Assembly (NCBI GenBank): GCA_951406725.2
Contig: OX597827.1
Span: forward strand, 77,004,001-77,068,000
Direction of reading: 5' to 3'
Length of the DNA: 64,000 bases
Source: Octopus vulgaris
Lineage: Eukaryota
Position numbers and translations under genes: made by a program. Under the pieces are notes generated by a model. The model did not search any database. It was not told the origin of the DNA and saw only the letters and a program-made list of their open reading frames with translations. Positions 1 through 12,810 of this stretch are shown here, piece by piece (the first letter of the stretch is position 1; each line of letters opens with the position of its first letter).

Positions 1-464
1 CTATTGTGGCACCAACACTAGTGATGTTGCCTTGTTCCTCAGAAAGCCATCAGCAGCATCTCTACTGATTGAAGGCGGTGTGACAACAAAAGGGAACAGG
101 AGAGAAAGTGATGATGAAAGAAACAGAATGGGTGGATGAAGGCAGCAGGAGTTTGATGGGAGAAACAGAGGGATTGGAATAAAATGGTTGTAGAGGAAAG
201 TGTAGTGGAAGAGAGACAGTGATGGGGGGAGTAAGAAGAGAAAGAGAAGGTCAGAGAGTGGTGGAGGGAGCAATATGGACAGATGTAGAAGGACTGTAGG
301 CTATAAAGACATCAAAGATGGATTACAGTACAGCTATGTTTGTATGCGACAACCTCAAGTCATGAGTCAAACTGTTATGAAGTAGGTATGTACATATATG
401 GATGGATTTATATATTATTTGTATTATACATATATACATACATATATCCATATATACATATATA

Positions 465-620
465 AATTAAATTAGAGACAAAACCACTATTAGGCAAATC
501 AAACAGTGAAAAACATAAACCAAAAACATAGAAATAAAATTAATCAATATAATATACAAAATATATAAAATATAAAATTCAAAATTTAAATTATTTTAAA
601 TTTAAAGTTAAAAATTTAAA
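465..620 (+). repeat. AT-rich dispersed repeat (reverse copies at 11320-11400 and 12170-12358)
   Basis: AAAACCACTATTAGG.AAATCAAACAGTGAAAA.CATAAACCAA.A.CATAGAAATAAAATTAAT shared by all three. Confidence 0.75.
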
Positions 621-1075
621 ATTATTAATTTATATTTATAAATTTATATATATATATATATATATATTTTTTTATTATTAAATATATATAACTATCAAAA
701 AGCATTAAAAAGTTTAATATAAGATATATTATATTTATAATAATAATATTAGGGAATATGATGCCAAACTTGTTTTGTAATTTACTTAATTATGGGTATA
801 TGTTTTATCGCATATTCTGTTGTGTCTGGGGAGAGTCATTTTCTTTTTGTGCCTTATAATGTAACAGACTCACTGGTAAAATTTCCACTTTTTTCTTACT
901 TTTGTTTTCCTAAAATTTTCGTTGCGTCTTGCAACCTTTTCAATAATCTTGACTCTTTTATTCTTTTATCATATATTTAATTTTTTTCTATATGGTATGA
1001 TTTACTTATATCATTGTTGAATTGCTACATGGTGGTTCTTCTCTAATTTATAAACATATATTATATATATTTATA

Positions 1076-1133
<58 letters not shown>

Positions 1134-1158
1134 TATTATTTATATATATATATTTATT

Positions 1159-1198
<40 letters not shown>

Positions 1199-1478
1199 AC
1201 AAAGGGTGAAATTATATATTTGGTATATACCAAATATATACGTTTTATTTATTTTTTATTTATTATTTTGCACATTACTTAATCATCGTTATATATTTTA
1301 TCTTATCTTATAAATCTTTCTATATGTAATTTTCTAGATGGTATAATTTAATTTTTCATTATTGAATTGATAAAAGGTGTTTTTTATCTAATTTATATAT
1401 ATTTTTTAATATTTTGTGAAATTTGATTTAGTATTTCTAAATTGAATTTTTCCCTGTAAGTTTGGAATAATATTCCCT

Positions 1479-1747
1479 CATATTTGCCAGCACTGCCTTG
1501 GCTGGCTTCCATGCCAGTGGCAAGTTAAAAGCACCAACCGATCATGGCCAATGCAAGACCCCCCTGGCACCTGTGCAGGTGGCACGTAAAAAGCACCCAC
1601 TATACTCATGGAGTGGTTGGCGTTAGGAAGGGCGTCCAGCTGTAGAAACACTGCCAGATCAGACTGGAGCCTGGTGCAGCCTCCTGGCTTCCCAGACCCC
1701 GGTCGAACTGTCCAACCCATGCTAGCATGGAAAACAGACGTAAACGA

Positions 1748-1750
<3 letters not shown>
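1479..1750 (+). mobile_element. SINE-like family A with (GAT)n tail; many copies (8307-8473, 9683-9840, 10636-10925, 55200-55470, 56007-56260, 57795-58040, 59665-59865 on -, 61274-61512 on +)
   Basis: Recurrent GGTTGGCGTTAGGAAGGGCATCCAGCTGTAGAAAC...CCATGCTAGCATGGAAAA..GACGTTAAACGATGATG. Confidence 0.9.
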
Positions 1751-1784
<34 letters not shown>

Positions 1785-1785
1785 C

Positions 1786-1818
<33 letters not shown>

Positions 1819-1962
1819 TGTGTATTATAGACAAAAGTAGAAAGCATTAATTATCATCCAAGCATCATGAAATTACTAATGAAGACAGTCATGCAATATC
1901 AATATATATAATCACCATAAGCATGGGAAAATGTATGTGTGTGTATGTATATATGTGTGTGT

Positions 1963-1994
<32 letters not shown>

Positions 1995-2356
1995 CCATAT
2001 AGTTTATAGAATGAGAGACAGATATTCTCCATATAGAATACACTTCGTAGTGCCCAAGAGACTTAAACTCGAGCAGGTAGAGGACAAGCAAGTCAGGCTG
2101 ATCGATATACAAAAAGTATGAAATACCTTAATTACAAAAAATGTACATGTGTTTATGTATTTACGCAGAAGAGAAATGATATGAGGAATTAAAGGGGTTA
2201 CGAGTCCAACAGCTATTTCTGGGGGCTCAGTGGTCCAAAATAAAGATTGTAAATTGATTCCTTCATTGGATAATACCAGCCTCTGTCTTCATGGAAGAAG
2301 AGGTGTTCACAGAAAGGAGATTAAAGATGGAATATATATATATATATATATATATA

Positions 2357-2753
2357 CTCTCTTTTACTCTTTTACTCGTTTCAGTCATTTGACTGCAGCC
2401 ATGCTGGAGCACCGCCTTTAGTCGAGCTAATCGACCCTGGGACTTATTCTTTGTAAGCCCAGTACTTATTCTATCGGTCTCTTTTGCCGAACCGCTAAGT
2501 AACAGGGACGTAAACACACCAGCATCGGTTGTCAAGCAATGCTAGGGAGACAAACAGACACACAAACACACACATACATATATATATATATACATATATA
2601 CGACAGGCTTCTTTCAGTTTCCGTCTACCAAATCCACTCACAAGGCATTGGTCGGCCCAGGGCTATAGCAGAAGACACTTGCCCAAGATGCCACGCAGTG
2701 GGACTGAACCCGGAACCATGTGGTTGGTTAGCAAGCTACTTACCACACAGCCA
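2357..2753 (-). mobile_element. SINE family B, near full-length copy
   Basis: Reverse complement of 53728-54140 over ~400 bp. Confidence 0.9.
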
Positions 2754-2877
2754 CATATATATACACGTATATATATGCTGCTGACTGAAACTGTGCTTGC
2801 ACAGTGAATTTGAAAAATGATAACATGATGAGACATGTGTTATTTGTCTCTAAATTATATGTTAATGTTATGGCACT

Positions 2878-2945
2878 GTTACTGATGAGAACTTCGCCTA
2901 GCAAATTATTTTATTTGCTAAGTAAATTCGAAACCTAGGTATGAC
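2878..2945 (+). ncRNA. Hammerhead ribozyme motif (type I, palindromic helix III)
   Basis: Stem I GTTA/TGAC; CTGATGA at 2882-2888; extended stem II (GAACTT..TAGCAAAT/ATTTGCTA..AAATTC); GAAA at 2930-2933; palindrome ACCTAGGT; GTA cleavage triplet at 2939-2941. Confidence 0.75.
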
Positions 2946-3442
2946 CGTAAAAAATGACAAGGTAAAAGTTTTTATTTTTCATTCCCTTCGAAATTGCTCT
3001 TAAATATGGTTTTGGTCATTTTGACTGCTTTTTCTAGCATGTAAAACTACCTGTTAAAGGTAGTTTTCTCTTGTGTTTAAATGTACACTATTTTATATTG
3101 AGTATATATATATATATGTATGTATGTATATACTTTGTTTTATTATCATAATATTTAAATAAAATTATTAACACACACATACAAATAACTAAACATACTT
3201 TCATCTCCTTAGTCTGCTGGTATATCTCAACCAATCAACATGTAGCTTCCTTAATGTCTTTCACCCTGGTAATATTTTGCTCTAAATCTTCAAAATGCAA
3301 ACTTATTTTATTCTATATGCTTGTAATTTGTATTGAGTGAAAGAAGAAATGATTGTTGGCAATGGTAATTAATAAATAAATTAACTATATCCATTAAATC
3401 TCCTTTATTTTCTTACTTAATAATTATATATATATATATATC

Positions 3443-3745
3443 TTGGGCAAGTGTCTTCTACTATAGCCCCTGGTCGACCAATGCCTTGTGAGTGGATTTG
3501 GTAGACGGAAACTGAAAGAAGCCTGTCGTATATATCTATATATATATATATATGTGTGTGTGTGTTTGTTTGTGTGTCTGTGTTTGTCCCCCTAGCATAG
3601 CTTGACAACCGATGTTCGGCAAAAGAGACCAATACTGGGCTTACAAAAGAATAAGTCCCGGGTTGAGTTGCTCGACTAAAGGCGGTGCTCCAGCATGGCC
3701 ACAGTCAAATGACTGAAACAAGTAAAAGAGTAAAAGAGTAAGAGT
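3443..3745 (+). mobile_element. SINE family B, 5'-truncated copy starting at a (TA)n run
   Basis: Begins CTTGGGCAAGTGTC directly after (TA)n and ends GTAAAAGAGTAAAAGAG. Confidence 0.88.
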
Positions 3746-4673
3746 ATATATATATATTATTAAAAGTCAGATTGAATCTTGTTTGCTTGCAATGTTACTC
3801 AGCCAAACTGGTGCATAATGGGGGAAAATATGATGAATTCAGTTTACCCTCATATGTTAATACAAACGGAATGAAACAAGTTTCGCATAAATCAGTAAAG
3901 TGGTTTTCGAGATATCAGAGGTTTTCAGGGTACAAGTACCCAAAATGGTGCGTAATGGGAAAATGTTCCAAAAATAATCTTAATCCTGAAAGGGAGAAAA
4001 CTCTTATCTTCCAATTAGACACTGTGACTTCACAATGAAAAAATACAATTTGTTTCTTTTTTTACAGTAAATGTTTCTAGTTTCACTTTTGTTAAACACA
4101 ATATTTTAATCATTTAGAAATATTTTTAAGTGAATGGGATTTCAAAAATATAAGCTGTTTGTACAGTAAGTATTTATATTTTAGCTTTCTTGAAACAGAC
4201 AATATTTTAATGTTTTTTAAAATCATTTTCATGTGAATACCATCACAAAAGTTTTGGGGGCCTATTTAAAAAATATTGTAAAGTGAAAATGCCTTTAAAA
4301 ATATGGTAAATATTTCGTAATAGACATGTTCATAACCTCAGTGTAAAATGGTTATTTTCCACAGGTTCTTTAAGTTCATTTAACATATCTCAGCTCCAAA
4401 GATCTGTCTGCTATTTCTAGCATGCCCTGCTAACATGTAACAGCTATTTGCGATAATGGACCTGAAATACCTGTTACATAGTAGCAGAGCATGGAAGAAA
4501 TAGCAGCCAAATTTTTCCTTTTCTGGGGAAAGGAACCATTTACACGTGATTTTGATGTCCCATTCATTAAAAGCATGTGAAATAACCTGGAAGAGAAAAG
4601 AAAGCTCACAGAAGAAACTCCGTTGCTGGGAAAATCAAAATTTCCCAGTGACCCAACGGTCACAGGTAGTCTA

Positions 4674-4726
<53 letters not shown>

Positions 4727-5095
4727 GATATGGTCAAGTGAGTAGAGACCTCTGATGAGAATGCAAGAAGGTACGAAACTCAATCAAGGCTGTTCATTAT
4801 TTTTTTCACTCTCTGAAGAAATAGTTAAATTTGCCCTGTCTGTGTGTCTCTTATTCCGGTTTACATGTCAAACATGTGTCAGTGTTTGTATGAATACATT
4901 TAAACTGAAAATGCATGTGCTACTTGTAATAATCTCTGTGCAATCTGTTCAACACTGAAAGCTCACAGAGCGTGAAATGCAAGGTGTTTCAAAACCTTCC
5001 ATTGAAGTCAATATTTAAACAAATTTCCTGCACGGTCTGAGTATTGTCCTACTTGCAAACTGGAGCAAATGAATATATTTACATGTATGAACATA

Positions 5096-5920
5096 CAGGG
5101 GTTGGACAAAATAATGGAAACACCTTAAAATTTCAAACAAATTTATTTTAATATCAGGTAGGACCACCTTTGGCAGTAATTACAGCTTGAATTCTATGAG
5201 GTATGGACTTGTACAAAATTTGAATTGTTTCCAAAGGAATTTTTGTCCATTCTTCAGCTAAAACAGTTTCCAGTTCTTGTAGTGATGATGGTGGAGGATA
5301 TCAACTCCTTACCTGATTCTCTAAAATGCGCCATAAATGTTCGATAATATTGAGATCTTGGGACTGTGGTGGCCAGATGAGATGTTCAACTTCACTAGAA
5401 TGTTCATCATGCCATTCAATAACAACTTTAGCTGTGTGAATTGGTACATTATCATCCTGAAAGTTTGTGTTTCCCTCCAGAAATAGTTCTGCAACCATAG
5501 GATGAATTTGATGAGATAAAATGCTTAAATGGTCTTGACTATTAATTCTGCCAAGAAGGGAAACCATTGGGCTGGCAGATTTCCAAGATATAGCACCCCA
5601 CCCCAGATCATCACAGATCCTCCTCCATGTTTAACAGTTGGAAGAAGGCAGTCTGGGTCAAATACTTCTTTTGGCTTTCTCCACATGTATACTCGGCAGG
5701 TGGTCAGAAATAAGGTAAAGGATGACTCGTCCAAGAAAATAACATTCTTCCACTGCTTTAGGGACCAAATCTGTAGGTTTTTACGTCACTCTAAATGCTT
5801 TTCAATGTTTGTTTTTGAAAGAAGTGGTTTTCTGATTGCAGCTCTCCCATGAAATCCAGCTTTGCACAGCTCCCAGAGAAACTGGATTCTCGAGGTGGTC
5901 ATTAAGATCTGCAGTAATTC
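5096..5920 (-). mobile_element. Tc1-family DNA transposon remnant, 3' half with terminal inverted repeat; DD36E catalytic spacing
   Basis: TA (5094-5095) followed by TIR-like CAGGGGTTGGACAAAATAATGGAAACAC. Transposase motifs DESSF, TVKHGGGSVMIWG, FQDDN...WPPQSQDLNIIEHLW, AKGGPT. Frameshift and stops present; truncated where the Penelope remnant begins. Confidence 0.92.
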
Positions 5921-6700
5921 AAAGAAGTCTAAAACAACATAAAATGCAAAAATACATCATTTGACAATGTACCAAAACCGACAGATTTAAAATTATCCCC
6001 AATTGTTGCTGGTCCAGCCTCAAGCACACAACATCTAAGCAACTTATCTGACACCGTTCTGAAACCCCTGTGTACTAAAGTGCCAAGCTACATCAGAGAT
6101 GATATGGAATTCCTGAACTATATCCTTCAGAGAGTACACCAAGACACAATCTTAGTCAATTTGATGTAACAAGCTTATATACTAACATCCCACATGACTT
6201 AGGAATTGAAGTTGTTCACTTCTGGATTACAAAACACCGAGATTCTATTTCAGAGAGATTGCTGAAAGAGTTTATTTTGGAAGGACTCAAATAAATAATT
6301 GGAGAACAACCACTTCCTCTTTGATAACAAACTGTATTTCCAAAGAAAAGGACCAGCCATGGGCACCAAAGTAGTCCCAATATATGCAACACTTGTTATG
6401 AGATCTTCAAAGTTAATGCAAACATCAATTGCAAAACAAAAACTTAATTTACTGTGCAACTTGCCAACAATGTAAAGAATACTACTTTGGTGAAACCGGA
6501 ATGGAACTACATGATAGAGTTTGTGTACATAAATAACAAATTAGAGACCTCTTAGTCAGAAACACCCCCATCATGTGGAAGGACAAAAATTCACAATCTT
6601 CCCCTTCTTTAAGTTGGTGTCGAACAACGAACATTTCCAGAAATATAAAGAAGGATTCTTCTTTAGAAAGTGCAAACCATTACTGAACGCAAAAAAATGA
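5921..6700 (+). mobile_element. Penelope-like retroelement remnant (RT plus GIY-YIG endonuclease, internally deleted, pseudogenised)
   Basis: Manual translation gives PIVAGPASST, SYIRDDMEFL, FDVTSLYTNIP (6160-6192) and KGPAMGTKVVPIYATLVM, then NLIYCATCQQCKEYYFGETG (6441-6500), a GIY-YIG signature. Confidence 0.88.
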
Positions 6701-7054
6701 TATTCCACCCCACAATAATGGGATTTTCTCTTTGTATTAAAAAATGCATATATCGAAATACAAGATGATACTCATGCTTTCTATCATTCAAACATTGAAG
6801 AGAAGATCAACCCACAGAGGTTCACAACCATTTCACCAATCTCCCTCGCACCCAATGTATATGTGAACTTAAATACTTGAGTAGTGTAGATATGTATATA
6901 TATGTGTGTGTACGTATGCATGTGTATATAGGTATATATAAATATACAGGTGTAAATGCATGTGCAAATATATGGGTACATAGGAACTAGAAAATATATA
7001 TACTTGTGTATGCGTGTAGATATATATGCATATATATGTATGAATATATATATA

Positions 7055-7105
<51 letters not shown>

Positions 7106-7769
7106 ATATGTGCATGTGTGGGTATATATGTATATATGGGTATATGTGTGTATTCATCTGTATATATGTATATATATATATGTATATGCATGTGTATGTG
7201 TGTATGTATATATACAAGTGTACATATATATATATGTATGTATGTATGTGTAAATATGTGTATATATGTATACATTTTGTATGTTTATATGTAGGGAAGT
7301 AAATATGTGAGCTAGCCTGATCTCTCCTCCACCTCCCCTCTCGAACCAATATAAAAAAATGCATTTCTCTCAACAAACATTCCAAAACTAACCTTATTTT
7401 GTTTTCCCCTCTGCCATCATCCCCTTTTTATCAAAAGACATGTATCTTACACTTCGTTAACACCCCCTCCCCTCAGACACACATCTAAATTCATCTTTAA
7501 CAGAAAATTACTGAAGCTTCTCTTTATAAAATTAAGATAGCTGATTCAGCCATAACAAAAGAATTTGAAAAGTATCTGACCATTATATTTTTCACCAAAG
7601 GTCAACTATCCAAGTGGAACCAGCAGGAGGGCACTTTCAGGGGTCCTTGATAAAACACCCTTTAAACACCCCACCACCTCCCAGCTCCACTCTCAATCAA
7701 TTATCTTGTTTTCACCATTCACCATTTTCTTTCAGGTCTTGTTCATCAACAGTCCTTCACTCCCACACT

Positions 7770-8085
7770 TATTAACAAACCCCAAGCTCACTCCAGACAC
7801 ACCCAAATCTCTTATATATAAAATCACACAACACAACACATCCTGAGATCAGTCTGACAATTGCCACCAAACCAACAAATGCTGCCAGCAAGTTCTCCAG
7901 AAAAATTAACTAGGATCTTTAAAAAAATCTCCCTACTGAAGTTGACAACAAACTTACTAGATCTCCAAACCAAACTGTAAAATATTATTAAAAAATTAAA
8001 TTCGTTAGAACTACCAGTAACGTCATTCTTTTTCTTTTCAAATATACCTAACTGTATCAAGGCTTTTGCATATTTTCCTATATAT
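7770..8085 (+). repeat. Dispersed repeat, reverse copy at 12835-13150
   Basis: Colinear blocks (CCTGAGATCAGT.TGACAA, CCAG.AAGTTCTCCA, ACTTACTAGATC, TTTTCTTTTCAAATATACC), ending at (TA)n. Confidence 0.65.
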
Positions 8086-8102
8086 ATGTATATAATATAT
8101 GT

Positions 8103-8129
<27 letters not shown>

Positions 8130-8133
<4 letters not shown>

Positions 8134-8296
8134 TTATTTTCTCTGCTTGTTTCTTTCTGTGTTCCTTTCTGTAGAAGAGCGTAGGCTCGAAATGTTAAAA
8201 ACTTTTTCACTTCTCGAACGTTAAACTGATACATCTGTTTTTTGTCTACACCACCTGTCTTTGTCGTTTGTTTTATTTTTTGTGAATTCTCTCCCT
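8130..8296 (+). mobile_element. Short non-coding hammerhead-bearing element, subfamily 1 (copies at 9900-10100 + and 29686-29830 -)
   Basis: Shared GAAGAGCGTAGGCTCGAAA(C/T)GT core and shared 3' part (CCACCTG..TCGT..TTTGTTTATTTT..GT(G/A)AA..CCC) running into (TA)n. Confidence 0.75.
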
Positions 8297-8304
8297 ATAT
8301 ATAT

Positions 8305-8337
<33 letters not shown>

Positions 8338-8470
8338 GTTTAACGTCCGTTTTCCGCGCTAGCACGGGTTGGACGGTTTGACGGTTTGACCGGGGTCTGG
8401 GAAGCCAGGGGCTGCACCAGGCTCCAGTCTGATCTGGCAGAGTTTCTACAGCTGGATGCCCTTCCTAACG

Positions 8471-8520
<50 letters not shown>

Positions 8521-8722
8521 CCCATGTGGTGCAAAGGAGTGAAGAGAGAAGATGAATTCCTGTTCACAGTGAAGACGAGAGTCTGGACGGCCCCTGTGCG
8601 AGGACAGACAGGTGTGGTAAAGAATAACCGATAGAGCTGAAATGGTACAAGGCCAGGTGTCATTGCCGAGTCATATACATAGATATAAGAAATAATTTCT
8701 CTTAGACTTTCCTCTGTCTCCT

Positions 8723-8757
8723 GTTTCTGAAGAAGAGCTTTGCTCGAAATGTAAAAC
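8723..8757 (+). ncRNA. Minimal hammerhead ribozyme motif
   Basis: GTTT-CTGAAGA-A-GAGC-TTT-GCTC-GAAAT-GTA-AAAC; CpG-type decay in helix III. Confidence 0.72.
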
Positions 8758-8889
8758 TTCCGTTCTTACCTTCCCTGAGTGTCTGTTAATACTTTCCATG
8801 TGCCACATCCTTGTATTGTTTTTTTTTTTCTTGTTGCATTTTTTCTTCATTTTGGGAGGGATTAATTATATACATACATACATATATAC

Positions 8890-8937
<48 letters not shown>

Positions 8938-9628
8938 TCATCATCCTCATCGTTTAACGTCCACCATTGCCAGTATGGAAGATGGATGTTAAATGATGAT
9001 GATGATGATGATACATGAAGGGGTTTCTTTCAGTTTCCATCTAATCAAATCCACTCATGAGACTTAAATCAACCTGGGGCTAGCATAGAAGATACTTGCC
9101 CAAAGTGCCATACAGTGGAACCAAACCTGGCACCAAGTGGTTGGGAAGCAAACTTCTTACAACACAGACATGCCAGTCCCTAATTAAATTAAAATAATTA
9201 ATTACTTTCTGGCTCGCTTCACCACCACTATCCCCACCCACCTAACTATGTGTCTTCCATGCTGAAGCCGACCCTGGTAAATTTTATTCTGTGTCATGAC
9301 ATGGCAACAGGTTAGGCTTCTTCTTTCACACTTCAGTGGTTAGCTGCAGGAAAGGCATCCAGCTGTAAAAATAGTTGCTACTCTAAAACCATCCCACGCA
9401 TATGCATGTACGGTTGTATGGATACAGAGAGAATTACTCTCTGTGCATGTGCGTGTGTGTGTGCGTGTGTGTGTGTGTGTGTGTGCGCGTGTGTGTGTGT
9501 GTATTCTGACACATACATAAGACTATGTGTTTGCAGCATAAAGTTATATTGAACACTTGCATCTTTTTTTTGTTTACCGCAGCATAAATAGAAATTATAT
9601 ACAAACACACAAACACACACACACACAC

Positions 9629-9666
<38 letters not shown>

Positions 9667-9860
9667 ATATCATCATTGTGCATCATCATCGTTTAACGTC
9701 TGCCTTCCAGGCTGACATGGGTTTGATTGTCTAATAGGGGCTGGCCAGGCAGGAGCCTGCACCAGACTTCTGTGTGTATTTTGCACATTTCATACATGTT
9801 GATGCCCTTCCTAACACCGACCACCCAGCAGAGTGGACATATAGCTATATCTACATCTAT

Positions 9861-9894
<34 letters not shown>

Positions 9895-9965
9895 GCATAT
9901 AACGCCATGTTTGATCGTTAGCCCCTACACGCAATTTTTTTCTCTCCGTGTTTCTTTTCTGTGTA

Positions 9966-10003
9966 TCTTTCTGTTGAAGAGCGTAGGCTCGAAACGTAAA
10001 AGA
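9966..10003 (+). ncRNA. Minimal hammerhead motif, CUGUNGA core variant
   Basis: TCTTT-CTGTTGA-A-GAGC-GTAG-GCTC-GAAAC-GTA-AAAGA. Confidence 0.65.
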
Positions 10004-10292
10004 CTTGTTTTATTTCTATTCCTGAGCGCCATACTAATACAATTGTTTGTTTGTACTCCACCTGCATTCGTCTTTTGTTTATTTTCGTAAACCTTCCCGG
10101 TATGTATATATATATATATAAATGGAGTTAAACGCAGCTGTTATTTAAATTCTTTTATTTCCAATACATGTTTCGAAGATATCACTGGTATTATTCCAAA
10201 GGAATAAAATGGTGTAAAACAATGTAATCTTCTCTTCAGGGAATTGAAGAAATGAAATATATATAACAGAAAAAACAAGGGGAAAATGCAAC

Positions 10293-10363
<71 letters not shown>

Positions 10364-11180
10364 AAATTTAAAGATGACTAAAATTTTGATACTTGATAAA
10401 CATATATACATATGCATATGTGCATACTTACATCTATACGTATACATACAGGCATATGTGGACACAGGATGTGCACAACAAAAAAATATGAAATATGAGT
10501 ACATGGGACATGAACAATTTCTTTGAACAACGAAATACACAAATGGTAAACAAGACAAACAACATAAAGAACGACCCTTCATCAGTTGTTGGCTGTTTTT
10601 CTACTCTTGTATTTCAAGCATTTAATATATATATATCATCATCATCATCATCGTCATCATTTAGCGTCCGCTTTCCATGCTAGCATGGGTTGGACGGGTC
10701 AACTGGGGTCTGTGAAGCTGGAAGGCTTCGTCAGGCCCAGTGAGATCTGGCAGTGTTTCTACGGCTGGATGCCCTTCCTAACGCCAACCACTCCGCGAGT
10801 GTAGTGGGTGTTTTTACGTGCCACCTGCACAGGTGCCAGACGAGGCTGGCAAACGGCCACGAACGGACGGTGCTTTTACGTGTCACCGGCACGGGGGCCA
10901 GCCGAGGCTGGCAACGGACACGAACAGATATATATATATATACGTATGCATGCACACACACATACACATACTATGTTCTTTTATTCCTTTTTCTGTCATT
11001 TAACTGCAACCATGCTGGAGCACTGCCTTCAGTGATTTTTGTCAAACAAATCAACCCCACAACTTATGTTTTTAAGCCTAATACTTACTTAATCAGTCTC
11101 TTATCGGTACATAAACACGCCAGCATCAGTTGTAAAGTGGTGACAGAGGGACAACATAGATATATGCATATATGCATATA

Positions 11181-11217
<37 letters not shown>

Positions 11218-11401
11218 TAATAATAATAATAATATTAGGGAGTAAATCCAAATTTACAGGGAAAATTAGATTTAGGATTAAATCTAATTTTATAGTATAA
11301 ATATATTTATATATTTATTAATTAATTTTATTTCTATGTATTGGTTTATGATTTTCACTGTTTGATTTGTCTAATAGTGGTTTTATCTCAAATTTAATAT
11401 A

Positions 11402-11514
<113 letters not shown>

Positions 11515-11994
11515 CGACGGGCTTCTTTCAGTTTCCGTCTACCAAATCCACTCACAAGGCTTTGGTCGTCCCTAGGCTATAATAGAAGACACTTGCCAAA
11601 GGTACTACACAGTGGGACTGAACCTGGAACCATGTGGTTGGGAAGCAAGCGTCTTACCACATGGCCATGCCCCTACCTATATAAGGATAATCTGGAAACT
11701 TGACTGAGGAGAGAAGGTCATGAATGGCCTATCCTTGTTTCGTCCTATCTGTCTTTTCTGTCCGGATGTTTTATTGTTGTCTGTTGCGTTCTTGTTCCAT
11801 TTCGGGGATTGATTGTATATCCTGTTGCCTAGTTTCGTTTTATTCACCTTATTTTGAGTTGTATGGATAATGTTGCACTTATTTTTGGTGCTTCAACTTA
11901 AGTACCTAATTCATCTCTGAATCTCAATTATTTTGCTATATATATATATATGTGTGTGTGTATTCAAGATTGCTCCTATAGATATAAATGTATG

Positions 11995-12042
<48 letters not shown>

Positions 12043-12097
12043 AGAGAGAGAGAGAGAGAGAGATACACATACATATATATATATATACATATATACA

Positions 12098-12129
<32 letters not shown>

Positions 12130-12351
12130 CATATATATATAAATATATATATATATTTATAATTTATAAGTTTAAATTATTAATTTAAATAATTTTTTAA
12201 ATTTTAACTTTAATTTAAATATTTTAATTGGATTTTTATATTTTATATTTTATATTTTATATTTTTTATATATTTTTTAATTAATTTTATTTCTATGTAT
12301 TGGTTTATGATTTTCACTGTTTGATTTACCTAATAGTGGTTTTATCTCTAA

Positions 12352-12406
<55 letters not shown>

Positions 12407-12583
12407 AACAGTGTCAAGTATATCCAGCTGAAACTGCAAATCCAATCCAGAACTCAACTGATGAAAGGACAATCCAAACGACCAGTCATGGTTTTTTTCC
12501 TGCCCCTTTTTTGTATCATCTAACTGTCTAGATGTTTTGCATTCTTGTCCCACTTTTTGTATTCTTATATATGTGTGTGTGTG

Positions 12584-12614
<31 letters not shown>

Positions 12615-12616
<2 letters not shown>

Positions 12617-12810
12617 ACTGTTGGCGATTTTTGTTCCTCCGTCTTCCCTTCTCTGGATCTTTCCTTTTCCTATGTTTCTGACGAAGAGCTCTGCTCGAAA
12701 CGTAAAACCCTCCTTCTTCCCTTCCTTCCTGAGCGTCCAATAATACTATATTTGTTCCACCTCCTCGCGTTGTTGTGTTTTCTCTTTGTGTTTTCATGTT
12801 TGGATTAACT
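12615..12810 (+). mobile_element. Short non-coding hammerhead-bearing element, subfamily 2 (copies at 8690-8865 and 18945-19150)
   Basis: Near-identical blocks CTTCCTGAGCGTCCAATAATACTATATTTGTTCCACCTCCTCGCGTTGTTGTG...TTGGATTAACT at 12725-12810 and 19070-19150, each followed by TA-rich repeat. Confidence 0.8.
12674..12708 (+). ncRNA. Minimal hammerhead ribozyme motif, intact core
   Basis: GTTT-CTGACGA-A-GAGC-TCT-GCTC-GAAAC-GTA-AAAC: stem I, core, stem II, ACGT palindrome and NUH triplet all present. Confidence 0.8.
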
